64,000 bases of DNA from positions 1,022-65,021 of the forward strand of contig QYQK01000012.1 of NCBI GenBank assembly GCA_007280935.1, in the 5' to 3' direction. Each line of letters begins with the position of its first letter. Position 1 is the first letter of the stretch. A program made the position numbers and the translations under genes. The DNA is from Opitutales bacterium. GTDB lineage: Bacteria; Verrucomicrobiota; Verrucomicrobiia; Opitutales; UBA953. The notes under the pieces were generated by a model. It made no database searches. It was not told where the DNA came from and saw only the letters and a list, made by a program, of their open reading frames with translations. Of this stretch, positions 13,222-22,013 are shown piece by piece.

Positions 13222-14175
13222 ATGTCCACCAAGCCGCTCAAAGAAGTCAGGGTCTTTTCGCCCGCCACCGTGGCCAATGTGGCCTGCGGCTTTGATGTCT
13301 TGGGCTTTGCTATCGATCTGCCAGGCGACGAAATCGTCGCACGTTTCTCCGCCAAGCCGGGTCTGACCATTGGCAAGATTACCGGAGACGATGGCCGGCT
13401 GCCTTTAGACTCAAAACTGAATACCGCCGGCGTCGCTGCGCACGCCCTGCTCCGGCACCTTGGAAAGAGTGAGGTGGGTATCGAGATGGAGATTCATAAA
13501 AAGATGCCTTTCGGTAGCGGTTTGGGTTCAAGTGCCGCCAGTGCGGTCGGCGGAGCTTTTGTGATTAATCGGCTCTTAGGTGACCCGCTTACGCGCCGAC
13601 AACTCTTACCGTTCGTCGTCGCCGGTGAGGCGGCCGCCGATGGCGCCTGGCATGCCGATAATGTCGGTCCCTGTCTTTTGGGAGGCATCACGCTCATCCG
13701 TTCGAATGCTGAACTCGACGTGATGAATGTGCCGATCCCGGAGAATCTTTGGGCTGCCGTGGTGCATCCGGATATTGTCGTTCTGACCAAGGTCGCGCGT
13801 GAAATCATGCCGCGCCAGATCCAGCTCGAAACTTCCACCCAGCAGTGCGGTAATCTCGGAGGGTTGCTCTGCGGATTTTTCCAGAGCGATTACGCCCTCA
13901 TCGGCCGTTCGCTCGTCGACCTGATCGCGGAACCACATCGTCAGCGCCTTATTCCAGAATTTTATCGGGCCAAACAGGCCGCGCTGTCGGCCGGCGCCTT
14001 AGGGTTTTCTATTTCTGGAGCCGGGCCGAGCGTGTTTGCTTTATGCGAAGGCGAGGCCGTCGCGCGCAAGGTCGCGGCGGCAGTGGCCGAAGTATTTTCT
14101 TCCGTTCCGATCAAGGCTACCCAATACGTTTCGCGTATTAATCCCAAGGGCGTCCATGTCATCTCCGAGTCCTAA
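13222..14175 (+). CDS. thrB: Homoserine kinase
   Basis: ORF 13036..14175. The ATG at 13222 removes the overlap with nadE. It carries the GHMP kinase motif PFGSGLGSSAAS. Confidence 0.9.
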   Translation: MSTKPLKEVRVFSPATVANVACGFDVLGFAIDLPGDEIVARFSAKPGLTIGKITGDDGRLPLDSKLNTAGVAAHALLRHLGKSEVGIEMEIHKKMPFGSGLGSSAASAVGGAFVINRLLGDPLTRRQLLPFVVAGEAAADGAWHADNVGPCLLGGITLIRSNAELDVMNVPIPENLWAAVVHPDIVVLTKVAREIMPRQIQLETSTQQCGNLGGLLCGFFQSDYALIGRSLVDLIAEPHRQRLIPEFYRAKQAALSAGALGFSISGAGPSVFALCEGEAVARKVAAAVAEVFSSVPIKATQYVSRINPKGVHVISES

Positions 14176-15487
14176 ATTAGAGTTTGTCTCGACGGTTGAT
14201 GCGACCTGTCGGGCCGGACTAAGAGACGTCCTGCTTTCGGCGGTTCCCGCCAAGGGTGGGCTTTGGGTCCCGACCCATATCCCGCAACTTCCTGCCGGAT
14301 TCATGGAAAGCCATCGCGGGGCGACTTATGCGGAATTGGCTGAAGCGGTCGTGGCGCCTTACTTCGCCGAAGAACTTGGATCGCAGGTTTTACATGAACT
14401 TTGTCAGGAGGCTTTCGACTTTCCGGTACCGCTGATTTTTCCGAAAAAATTGTGCGGGACCCGTTCCGAAAAAATTGGGGTCCTCGAACTCTTTCATGGC
14501 CCCTCGGCGGCGTTCAAAGACTTTGCCGTTCGTTTGTTGGTCAGAGTCACCGCTCGCGTGCTGGGCAATGACTTCCCTCAATTGACCGTATTGGCGGCGA
14601 CTTCGGGCGATACGGGAGCGGCGGTGACCGAAGCCTGTGCCGGCGTGTCAGGTGTCCGCGCGGTGGTACTCTATCCTCGAATCGGGGTCAGCGGCGTCCA
14701 GGAATCTCAGATCGCCCGAGTTCGTCCCGGGGTGGTCGCCTTGTCGATTGACGGTACTTTTGATGATTGTCAGGCGATGGTGAAGCGGGCTTTGGCGGAT
14801 GAGGCTTTACGTCGCCGTCGGCCCTTGCTGACGGCTAATTCGATCAATCCCGTTCGCCTCATCGCGCAATTGCCTTTCGCCTTCCATGCGAAGCGCTTGC
14901 TACCTTCCGGCGCAAAGATGGGCATCGTAGTCCCCTCTGGTAATTTGGGTAACGTCGGAGCGGTGCAGCTTGCTCGTCGGATGGGCCTACAGGTCGACAC
15001 TCTGGTGGCGGCGACGAATACCAATTCACCGTTGCCCGAGTTGTTTGCCACCGGACACTATAAGGCCCGGCGCTCAAGCCCCACCGCTTCCAATGCCATG
15101 GATATCGGCGACCCTAATAACCTTGGTCGCCTGTTGGCTTGGCGTGAAGGCGGTCCGGCCGTTTCTGCGGTGACCGTCGATGATGTCTCCACCCTTGAAG
15201 CGATGCGTCGGGTGCGCGAGGCCAGTGGCTATATCCTTTGTCCTCATACCGCCGTCGGCTGGAAGGCTGCGGAAGATCTGCTGCGTCAATCTCCCGAAGC
15301 GCTTGATCGCGTGCTTGTTTTTGGGACGGCGCATCCGGCGAAATTCCCCGACATTCTGGAAGCGGCCTTCGGCGATCGCAACGCTTCGACTTTCCCGTTT
15401 GATTTGCCTAAGCCCGCGCCGCGCCTATTGGGTAATGATTACGAAAGCGTTCGCGCCGTCTTAGAGTCGGAAGCCGGCTTCGCCTAA
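14156..15487 (+). CDS. thrC: Threonine synthase
   Basis: ORF 14036..15487. The ATG at 14156 overlaps the thrB end by 20 nt. It has a PLP lysine context (GPSAAFKDFA) and sits directly after thrB. Confidence 0.85.
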   Translation: MSSPSPKLEFVSTVDATCRAGLRDVLLSAVPAKGGLWVPTHIPQLPAGFMESHRGATYAELAEAVVAPYFAEELGSQVLHELCQEAFDFPVPLIFPKKLCGTRSEKIGVLELFHGPSAAFKDFAVRLLVRVTARVLGNDFPQLTVLAATSGDTGAAVTEACAGVSGVRAVVLYPRIGVSGVQESQIARVRPGVVALSIDGTFDDCQAMVKRALADEALRRRRPLLTANSINPVRLIAQLPFAFHAKRLLPSGAKMGIVVPSGNLGNVGAVQLARRMGLQVDTLVAATNTNSPLPELFATGHYKARRSSPTASNAMDIGDPNNLGRLLAWREGGPAVSAVTVDDVSTLEAMRRVREASGYILCPHTAVGWKAAEDLLRQSPEALDRVLVFGTAHPAKFPDILEAAFGDRNASTFPFDLPKPAPRLLGNDYESVRAVLESEAGFA

Positions 15488-15498
15488 GCTTCGCCCGC

Positions 15499-15648
15499 TT
15501 ACTTCGCGCTACCGTCGGTCTTAGGAGCCTTTGCCTTGGCGGCGGTCGCAGCTGGGACGGCTGGCTTGGGGTCTTTGGGCTGCTCAAAGACGATGATGCA
15601 GCCGGAGAGGCCAAGCGTGGCGGCGATCAGCAGGAGGGAGAGCTTCAT
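15499..15648 (-). CDS. Small lipoprotein (49 aa), function unknown
   Basis: The internal ATG at 15648 of the 88-aa ORF 15499..15765 gives MKLSLLLIAATLGLSGC with a canonical lipobox. The longer ORF would run through the exbD terminator hairpin. Confidence 0.45.
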   Translation of the reverse strand: MKLSLLLIAATLGLSGCIIVFEQPKDPKPAVPAATAAKAKAPKTDGSAK

Positions 15649-15688
15649 GGCGGCATCATGAGTCGATGCGGTCGGGGTTGGCAAATCC

Positions 15689-15716
15689 ACAAAACAAAAA
15701 ACCGCCGGACGGCGGT
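15689..15716 (-). terminator. Intrinsic terminator after the exbD operon
   Basis: The hairpin ACCGCC-ggac-GGCGGT (15701-15716) is followed on the minus strand by TTTTTGTTTTG (15691-15700), about 27 nt downstream of the exbD stop. Confidence 0.6.
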
Positions 15717-15742
15717 CTCGGGTCCGGAGCTCAGAAAAGCGG

Positions 15743-16186
15743 CTATTCTGTGTCAGCGACCGCAAACGTCACGTTGGAAACCTCGGCGAGAGCGAGAACG
15801 TCGAGGACGTTTATCACCCGATCATAGCGGGCGGTTTCTTCGGCTTGGACGGTGATGAGGAGTTTCGTCTTAGCCTGCTCGGCAGCCTTTTTCATCACGA
15901 CCATCTGGGTGTAAAGACTTTTCAGTTCTTTGTCCTGGGCGTTCCCGACCGGATCGTCGTTAAGGGTGACCTCGCCGCTTTCCGAGATGCCGATATTAAT
16001 CTCATCGGGCATTTCGGTTTCCTTGGCGGTCTCGGCGTTGCCGGGCAGGGTGGTTTTCAGCTCGTGCTCTACTTTGATTGCGCCTGCCATCACCATGAAA
16101 AAGAGCATGATGACGAAGACGACATCAATCATCGGCGCGATTTGGAAGCCGGTGCTAGCGTCGGGTTGGGGGGCGAGTTGACGCAT
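15743..16186 (-). CDS. exbD: ExbD/TolR-family biopolymer transport protein
   Basis: 147-aa ORF. QIAPMIDVVFVIMLFFMV is a typical ExbD/TolR TM segment. It starts 2 nt after the upstream paralogue. Confidence 0.85.
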   Translation of the reverse strand: MRQLAPQPDASTGFQIAPMIDVVFVIMLFFMVMAGAIKVEHELKTTLPGNAETAKETEMPDEINIGISESGEVTLNDDPVGNAQDKELKSLYTQMVVMKKAAEQAKTKLLITVQAEETARYDRVINVLDVLALAEVSNVTFAVADTE

Positions 16187-16188
16187 GA

Positions 16189-16629
16189 TTATTCTTCGTG
16201 GTTCAGGCCAGAGAAGGCGATATTATCGATTCCGGCTTCGGCGCCCCATTCGAGGGCTTTAGAAATATATTTAGCGTGGCATTCGCGATCGGCCCGGATG
16301 AGCAGACGGTATTTTTCGTTGGTTCCTTTGCGCGCGGCCAGCTCCTTGGCGATGCCGTCTTTATCGTTGGCGTCCAGTTCGCGGTCATCGAGTTTATACC
16401 GAGCCTGTCCGGTGGACGCGTCCCACGAAATGTTGATCAGTCCAGCGGTTGCTTTGTCATCCCGTTTGATGCCGTGAGAGGCGACCGGCAGCTTGATGTT
16501 CTTGTCGACCTTGAGTACCTGAGAGGAAGTGATGGACATGAAGAAGATGAGCAAGACCAGCAGTACATCGATCATCGGTGCTACCTGGAATTCTGGTTCG
16601 CCTTCCCCGCCGCCTCCTCCGCCTGCCAT
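16189..16629 (-). CDS. exbD: ExbD/TolR-family biopolymer transport protein (paralogue)
   Basis: 146-aa ORF with the QVAPMIDVLLVLLIFFMS motif. Confidence 0.85.
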   Translation of the reverse strand: MAGGGGGGEGEPEFQVAPMIDVLLVLLIFFMSITSSQVLKVDKNIKLPVASHGIKRDDKATAGLINISWDASTGQARYKLDDRELDANDKDGIAKELAARKGTNEKYRLLIRADRECHAKYISKALEWGAEAGIDNIAFSGLNHEE

Positions 16630-16654
16630 GGTCGTTTAGTCGGGTTGGAGGTGA

Positions 16655-17464
16655 TTAGGCCTTCTCCGCAGGAGCGGGGGAGGCATTCCAGTCTGGCTTG
16701 GAGGCGTAGATTTCATCATCACCGACGCGCCGACCAGCGATCTCATCATAGGGGAAGGAGCGGAAGAGGCCGCTGACAATTTCGCCGATATCGTGGACGC
16801 CTTTATTGATGCGATTCGTCAGCAGGTAGTAAGCGATGAAGGCTGGAATAGCGATGAACAGTCCGGAAGCCGTTGCGACGAGCACTTCACCGATGGCGCC
16901 GGAGAGGGAGGAGGGATCGCCCGCGCCCGTAGTGGCAAGCTTTTGGAAGGCCTTCATCATGCCGGTCACGGTACCGGTTAGGCCCATCATGGGCGTACAG
17001 ACGCCAATAACGGAGAGGTAAGAGGCACGCCCTTTGAGTTCGGCCTGGATGCGGCTGATTTCCGAAATGATGGCCTCTTCGGTCATGGTCTTTCCTTCAG
17101 GGGAGAGGGACACTCCGGCGCGGATGACCTGAGCGACGGCCGAGTTGGCTTCTTTGGCATAAGCGTAAGCACCGACATAATCGCCTTTCTTGAAGAGGGT
17201 GCGGAGCTCCTTGACGTGGTCAGCAGGGTAAAGCTTGGCGGTGCTGGTTTTAAGGAAGCCATCGACGATGAACCAGATCATAAGAACCGAGCAAACCGTG
17301 ATAGGGTACATGACCCAGCCGCCTTCGATGAAAAGATCCAGCAAGGACTTGTCAAAGTGGTTGGGAGCGGCGGGAGCGGCCGCCGCGGCTTGTGCGAACA
17401 TGTTGGCGGTCGCAAGTCCGAGGAAGAGCGAAGTGATTAAGGGGAGGCGGAGTTTCAGCTTCAT
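16655..17464 (-). CDS. exbB: MotA/TolQ/ExbB proton-channel protein with a signal-peptide-like N-terminus
   Basis: ORF 16655..17515. The ATG at 17464 gives MKLKLRLPLITSLFLGLATANMFAQ. The C-terminal half (GLTGTVTGMMKAF...GEVLVATASGLFIAIPA) is typical of ExbB/TolQ. Confidence 0.85.
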   Translation of the reverse strand: MKLKLRLPLITSLFLGLATANMFAQAAAAAPAAPNHFDKSLLDLFIEGGWVMYPITVCSVLMIWFIVDGFLKTSTAKLYPADHVKELRTLFKKGDYVGAYAYAKEANSAVAQVIRAGVSLSPEGKTMTEEAIISEISRIQAELKGRASYLSVIGVCTPMMGLTGTVTGMMKAFQKLATTGAGDPSSLSGAIGEVLVATASGLFIAIPAFIAYYLLTNRINKGVHDIGEIVSGLFRSFPYDEIAGRRVGDDEIYASKPDWNASPAPAEKA

Positions 17465-17519
17465 AGGGACCTGAGTGGGTTGTGGATATTTAGGTTGGGT
17501 TTTGGAAAGGGGCAAGGAC

Positions 17520-18548
17520 TCACTTGTTGCCGGACTGATCGTCTTCGGCTTTGACCTTGGGCTTGGCCATCACGGCTCCTTCGGGGAGCGCGGCCGCCGT
17601 CGCCAGTTTCTTTTGCTCGGCTTCGGCTTTAACGCGGTCTTCTTTAGGCAGGAGTTTCTTAGCTTCTTCTGCTTCTTTGGAGACAGGGTAGGTTGTGATG
17701 ATGTCGCGAAGGTAGCGGTTGGAAACTTCTTCGAGTTTCTGCTCCCGGGTCGCCGGAGCGTCCATGCCGCGGAAGGCACGGGCGGCGCCCAGGAGGGCTT
17801 TAGGGACGTGTTCAAGCTGGGCACCGTAAAAGACGGGAACCCGCAGATAGACGCTCATCGCCAATTCATATTTCTTGGTGGCCAGCAAGGAGTTGGCTTT
17901 AACGATATGTAAACGCGCGAGCAGGTCGGGGTCGTCCATCTTCGGAATCAGGTCGGTAGCCTCCTTGATGACGGCTTCATGGTCGCCTTTCCGGGCGCGT
18001 TGCATGAGTCTTGCCAGTTGGATTTTGATGGCGAGTTCGGGGAGTTTCGCACTTTCGTCTTTCTCTAGATTGTCCAGAAAAGAGCCAATGGCGGCTTCGT
18101 TTTCAAGCCGGTCAAGGGCGTCTAGTTTAAGCATGGTGGCTTTGGCCCACCAGCTGCCTGGAATCGTCTTCAGAGGTTCGAATAATTTGATCACGGCTTC
18201 GATGTTATCAAGGGCTTTGCTCGGCTCGCCGCGATTGATGTTATTCTGAGCCTCGATGAGTCGCTCGGGTAGGGGCCAGATGATGCCAACAACCTCTGCG
18301 AGTTTTTTACTCGGCGTGATTTCGACGCCACTGATGATGGTGGTGCGTTCGACGGTCCCTTTGACGGTGTTGATTAGGCCCTTTTTGATGTCTACCAACG
18401 GTTTGGGCGGCAAAGCAGTCCGGTCCATCTTGAAGGGGTCATTAATTTCCCAGCGTTCGTTTGATTTAAAAATAAAAACTTGCCCCGAGGCGGAAGGCAG
18501 TGGGCTAAAGGCGGCAAGCGCGAGAAGGATACGGACGAAAGGGTTCAT
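17520..18548 (-). CDS. Secreted helical-repeat (TPR-like) protein, function unknown
   Basis: ORF 17520..18884. The ATG at 18548 gives the signal peptide MNPFVRILLALAAFSPLPSASGQ and lies 4 nt after the upstream stop. The longer N-terminal extension overlaps the upstream gene and is R/K/P/S-rich junk. Confidence 0.6.
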   Translation of the reverse strand: MNPFVRILLALAAFSPLPSASGQVFIFKSNERWEINDPFKMDRTALPPKPLVDIKKGLINTVKGTVERTTIISGVEITPSKKLAEVVGIIWPLPERLIEAQNNINRGEPSKALDNIEAVIKLFEPLKTIPGSWWAKATMLKLDALDRLENEAAIGSFLDNLEKDESAKLPELAIKIQLARLMQRARKGDHEAVIKEATDLIPKMDDPDLLARLHIVKANSLLATKKYELAMSVYLRVPVFYGAQLEHVPKALLGAARAFRGMDAPATREQKLEEVSNRYLRDIITTYPVSKEAEEAKKLLPKEDRVKAEAEQKKLATAAALPEGAVMAKPKVKAEDDQSGNK

Positions 18549-18552
18549 GGGA

Positions 18553-21500
18553 TTAGAAGTTAAGGGTGAGTTCTTTGGCTTCGTTGGCTTCCGGGGTCGC
18601 CTTGATCCGCTCATTGCTGAGCATCTCAACGAGTACCGCTTTGGCTTCGGGCTTCTGCCCCATCTTGTTTCCGAGGATCTTCGCCTCCGAAAGGTAGGCC
18701 TTGGCGGACCAAACTTCATATTTCTTCCAGGCCAACCGGCAACGACGATAATAGGCGACCGCTTCGGCGTCATGACCTTGACGTTCTTCCATCTGGCCGA
18801 GCCAGTAGAGGCAGCCAGCCGTGGTTTCGCCTCTCCATTCCTTGGTCTTGGCGATATCTTCAAGGATTTTTTTGGCGGCGACATATTGTCCTAGTTCAAC
18901 CAAAGCGCGGCCATGCACGAAAAGGATCTCCCGCTCTTTTGACATCAGGATATTATTGTCGATGGCTTCCTGGCAAAGTTCGGCGGCTTGTTTGAATTTC
19001 TTTTGACGCAGTAAGATTTCAGCGGAACCGGCGAAGCCGTAGTCGGCATAATCCGTGGAGCGGCTGTGTTCGCGGATATAGTCAAAATAGCTGGCGGCCT
19101 TGGTTAGCTCGCCTTTACCGAGCAGGTGATCGCCGACGACGGCGATGATGGTCGGACTTAGCTCTTCGGCTTTGTAGCTCGTAGCGATTTTTTCATAATA
19201 CTCAGCGGCCTTTCCAGGATTACGCGTGTTGAGGGCAAGTTGACCGAGGGCGAAGAAGCCGCGGGCTTGAGCAATGAGGGAATCTCGGTTCTCTTCAAGA
19301 CGGAGCAGTTTCTTCAGTTCCACTTCGGCATTGTCCACGGAATACGCCGCGGGGTCGGGCTTTGTACCAGGCTTAACCCGCTTCACTTTCTTGGCGAGTT
19401 TCTCGGTCAGGAAGATGATGAGTTTCTCGGCTCCTTCTTGACGGCGGTCATTGATGCTTTCCGTGACGGAATTGGAAAGGATTTTCAGGGCGTCGGTCTT
19501 GGCTTTGGCGATGCTTGTTTGACGTTCTTTTTCGATGGTATCGAGTTCGGCGGCCAGTTGGGCGGAGAGTTTTGCGACCGCTTCTTTACCGACTGCGACC
19601 GCCTCGGGGGTGCCCGAGTTGCGCTCAAGGTCGTTGACGGTCTTGCGGGCGGCGGCCAGCTTGGCGCTGTAATTTTTGGTGGTCTGTTCGGCACGTTGGC
19701 TGAATTCGATCTTATCCCCCATGCGCTCGGTCGATTTGATGACGTCAAACAGGTAGGTCATCGCCTTGGGGTCGTTATGATTCCAGTCGTAGATTTCCTT
19801 GTACAGGTCGCGCATCCGTTGGTGTTCGCCGCGCCCAGGCAGCATCTTTCCTAATTCCCGCAGGACGAATTCCAGCGCCGAGGAGTTGGTGCGGCCGCTC
19901 CGGGCCGCGGCGATATAGGCGTCAACCGCTTTGCCGGTGACATCGTTCTTCTGCTTTTCAAGTTTAGCTTTGTTCGCCGCCGCGGAGGTTTTTCCGGAAG
20001 TCGAATCGGAGTTACGAATATCGAGGTCGGCCAAGCGAATCGCTTCGGTGAGTTGGTCGGCCAAACGGATGTAGGTGTCACCGATCAGCGTGTGGACTTC
20101 GGGCAACTGGTTGATAACCTCATCCGTTTTCATGACGGCGAATTCCTTCAGCCATTCGTTGCAGAGGCGCAGGGTTTCGGTGGTCTCGGGGGGAGTGCTG
20201 CCGAATTTGACGATTGCTTGACGGTACCGAACGTCGGGAAGGAATTGACCGCGGGGGTATTCTTTCTCGTAAGTGTCGAAGGCGGCCTTCGTCTCCTTAT
20301 ATTTCCCTTGGTAGAACCAGCACAGCGCATTCATGTACAGCACCTGCTGGGTGACGGGTGATTGCGGGTACTGCTTGAGAAACTTTTCAAACGCAACGCG
20401 GGCGTCATTCCAGTCGACCATTGCGAAGTGGCAGCAAGCGATGCGGAAATCGATTTCCATCGCCGCGTCGGCACTGAGGTTTTTTACGTTATCCTTCACC
20501 CATCGGTAGTGGGTGATGGCTTCTTTGAAATCTTCGGAGTCCTGGGAGATTTCGCCCAAGATCATGCCGATGGCGGAGTTTTCGTCGGCCTTCGGGAATT
20601 TACCCAGGAACTCCTTACACTTAGCTTGGGCTTCGACGTTTCGTCCGGTGCGCCGCAGGGCAACGATGTAGTAATAATAGGTTCCGGCGATCCGCGAGAA
20701 CTCAGGGTTATTATCAAAGATATCGCGGAAGGCCACGAAGGCTTCCCAGGGGCGGTCCAATTCGAGCAGGCAAAGTCCGATGCGGTAAGAAATGAAAGCA
20801 TCGTAATCTTTGTTGGCATTAAATTCCGCCTCGATTTTTTTGAATTGGTCCAAGTCTTGGCGTACCATTTCGATTTTTGCCTTGGTTTCATCGTTAGGCT
20901 TTGGGTTACTTTTGATAATGTTATCAAGATCGCTTTGCTTCGTTTCGACCGCTTTGAGAAGCGCGCGGGTGAGGGTCGCCCGACGGAGTGTGCCTTGGTA
21001 GTTATTGAGTGCCTGTCGGTAGGCTTCCGGTTTGGCGTTTTCGTCGACGGTGGCTTCGGCAGAAGCGAAGCGGGCATCGCCGATGCTGAGGCGCTGGAAG
21101 TTGGAACGGACGATATCGGCCGGCGAACCGCTACTCTTTGCGTCGATTTCGGCTTTGAGCTGATCGGCGTCTTTGACGAGGCCGAGTTTAGTGTAGATTT
21201 CGACCAGCTTGAATCCCGCCTCTTTGCGTTCGGGAGTATTGACGCCTTCGGAGGTGGCCTGTTTGAGTAAGGCAATGGCCTGGCCGTAAGCTGCTTTTTT
21301 ATCAGCTTCCGGGGCCGACTTGACGCGGTCGAGGACGAGCTTGGCGGAGAGCGCGTAGGCGTTGACGCGATCTTCAGGCCGAGCCAAGGTATTTGAACGG
21401 ATTTTTTCGAGACGTTGGAGGGCCGCATCCCACTTGGCTTGATTGGAAAGGACTTCAATCAACGTAAGTTCCGCCAGTCCGCGCCGATTATCGCTGTCAA

Positions 21501-21873
21501 AAAAGTCGTCGGTTCCTTTGGGGTACTTCGTGAGGAAATTAGTAAGTTCGATTTCGGTCTTAGACCAATCCTTGATCAGGAAATAACAGGTGGCTTTTCG
21601 GAAGACGACCACCGCTTTGAGTTTATCTTCAACGTTGGTGGCTTGTTTTTCGAGTTCGACGTAATCGGCCAAAGCGTCCTTGTATTTCTTTTGATCAAAG
21701 TTCAGTTCGGCTTTTTTGAATAAGACGGACAAGGGGTCTTCCTTGGGGTCTTTATTGAGCGCCGCCGCCGCCGCTTGGGCCCGCAAATCACCAGGAATGG
21801 GGAAGGCGGCGAGGAGGAGGGCGAGCAGTGAAGCTTTTGCCAACTTGTAGATTCGAGACTCGTGGGTAGCCAT
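18553..21873 (-). CDS. Large secreted TPR-repeat protein (1106 aa), function unknown
   Basis: ATG start with a signal-peptide-like N-terminus (LAKASLLALLLAAFPIPGDLRAQA). TPR-like repeats run throughout. It is the first gene of the exbBD operon. Confidence 0.75.
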   Translation of the reverse strand: MATHESRIYKLAKASLLALLLAAFPIPGDLRAQAAAAALNKDPKEDPLSVLFKKAELNFDQKKYKDALADYVELEKQATNVEDKLKAVVVFRKATCYFLIKDWSKTEIELTNFLTKYPKGTDDFFDSDNRRGLAELTLIEVLSNQAKWDAALQRLEKIRSNTLARPEDRVNAYALSAKLVLDRVKSAPEADKKAAYGQAIALLKQATSEGVNTPERKEAGFKLVEIYTKLGLVKDADQLKAEIDAKSSGSPADIVRSNFQRLSIGDARFASAEATVDENAKPEAYRQALNNYQGTLRRATLTRALLKAVETKQSDLDNIIKSNPKPNDETKAKIEMVRQDLDQFKKIEAEFNANKDYDAFISYRIGLCLLELDRPWEAFVAFRDIFDNNPEFSRIAGTYYYYIVALRRTGRNVEAQAKCKEFLGKFPKADENSAIGMILGEISQDSEDFKEAITHYRWVKDNVKNLSADAAMEIDFRIACCHFAMVDWNDARVAFEKFLKQYPQSPVTQQVLYMNALCWFYQGKYKETKAAFDTYEKEYPRGQFLPDVRYRQAIVKFGSTPPETTETLRLCNEWLKEFAVMKTDEVINQLPEVHTLIGDTYIRLADQLTEAIRLADLDIRNSDSTSGKTSAAANKAKLEKQKNDVTGKAVDAYIAAARSGRTNSSALEFVLRELGKMLPGRGEHQRMRDLYKEIYDWNHNDPKAMTYLFDVIKSTERMGDKIEFSQRAEQTTKNYSAKLAAARKTVNDLERNSGTPEAVAVGKEAVAKLSAQLAAELDTIEKERQTSIAKAKTDALKILSNSVTESINDRRQEGAEKLIIFLTEKLAKKVKRVKPGTKPDPAAYSVDNAEVELKKLLRLEENRDSLIAQARGFFALGQLALNTRNPGKAAEYYEKIATSYKAEELSPTIIAVVGDHLLGKGELTKAASYFDYIREHSRSTDYADYGFAGSAEILLRQKKFKQAAELCQEAIDNNILMSKEREILFVHGRALVELGQYVAAKKILEDIAKTKEWRGETTAGCLYWLGQMEERQGHDAEAVAYYRRCRLAWKKYEVWSAKAYLSEAKILGNKMGQKPEAKAVLVEMLSNERIKATPEANEAKELTLNF

Positions 21874-21946
21874 CAGATTAGGGAGTGATTAACTCCGCAT
21901 TGGGGTGGGGTCTAAAATTGGCCATTCGCTGGGCCGCTGCCAAGCC

Positions 21947-21952
21947 ATTATA
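21947..21952 (-). promoter_or_regulatory. Candidate -10 box for the TPR-exbBD operon
   Basis: A perfect TATAAT on the minus strand lies about 75 nt upstream of the ATG at 21873, in a 140-nt intergenic region. The -35 is weak (GTCAAA at 17-nt spacing). Confidence 0.25.
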
Positions 21953-22013
21953 AAAGGGATTACCCCCTATTTGACGTTTGTTACCAACTTGAAACAATGG
22001 TTAGCTTGCTTGC

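Noticed and set aside
18549-18884. 112-codon N-terminal extension of ORF 17520..18884
   Set aside because: It overlaps the 3' end of the 1106-aa TPR gene and is R/K/P/S-rich. The ATG at 18548 yields a clean signal peptide 4 nt after the upstream stop.
20362-21458. Two ORFs of about 300 aa (20362..21270 plus strand, 20562..21458 minus strand) inside the large TPR gene
   Set aside because: They are alternative-frame or antisense ORFs with low-complexity S/P/K/R- or G/F/D-rich translations and no recognisable motifs. The TPR frame is far more protein-like and continuous over 3.3 kb.
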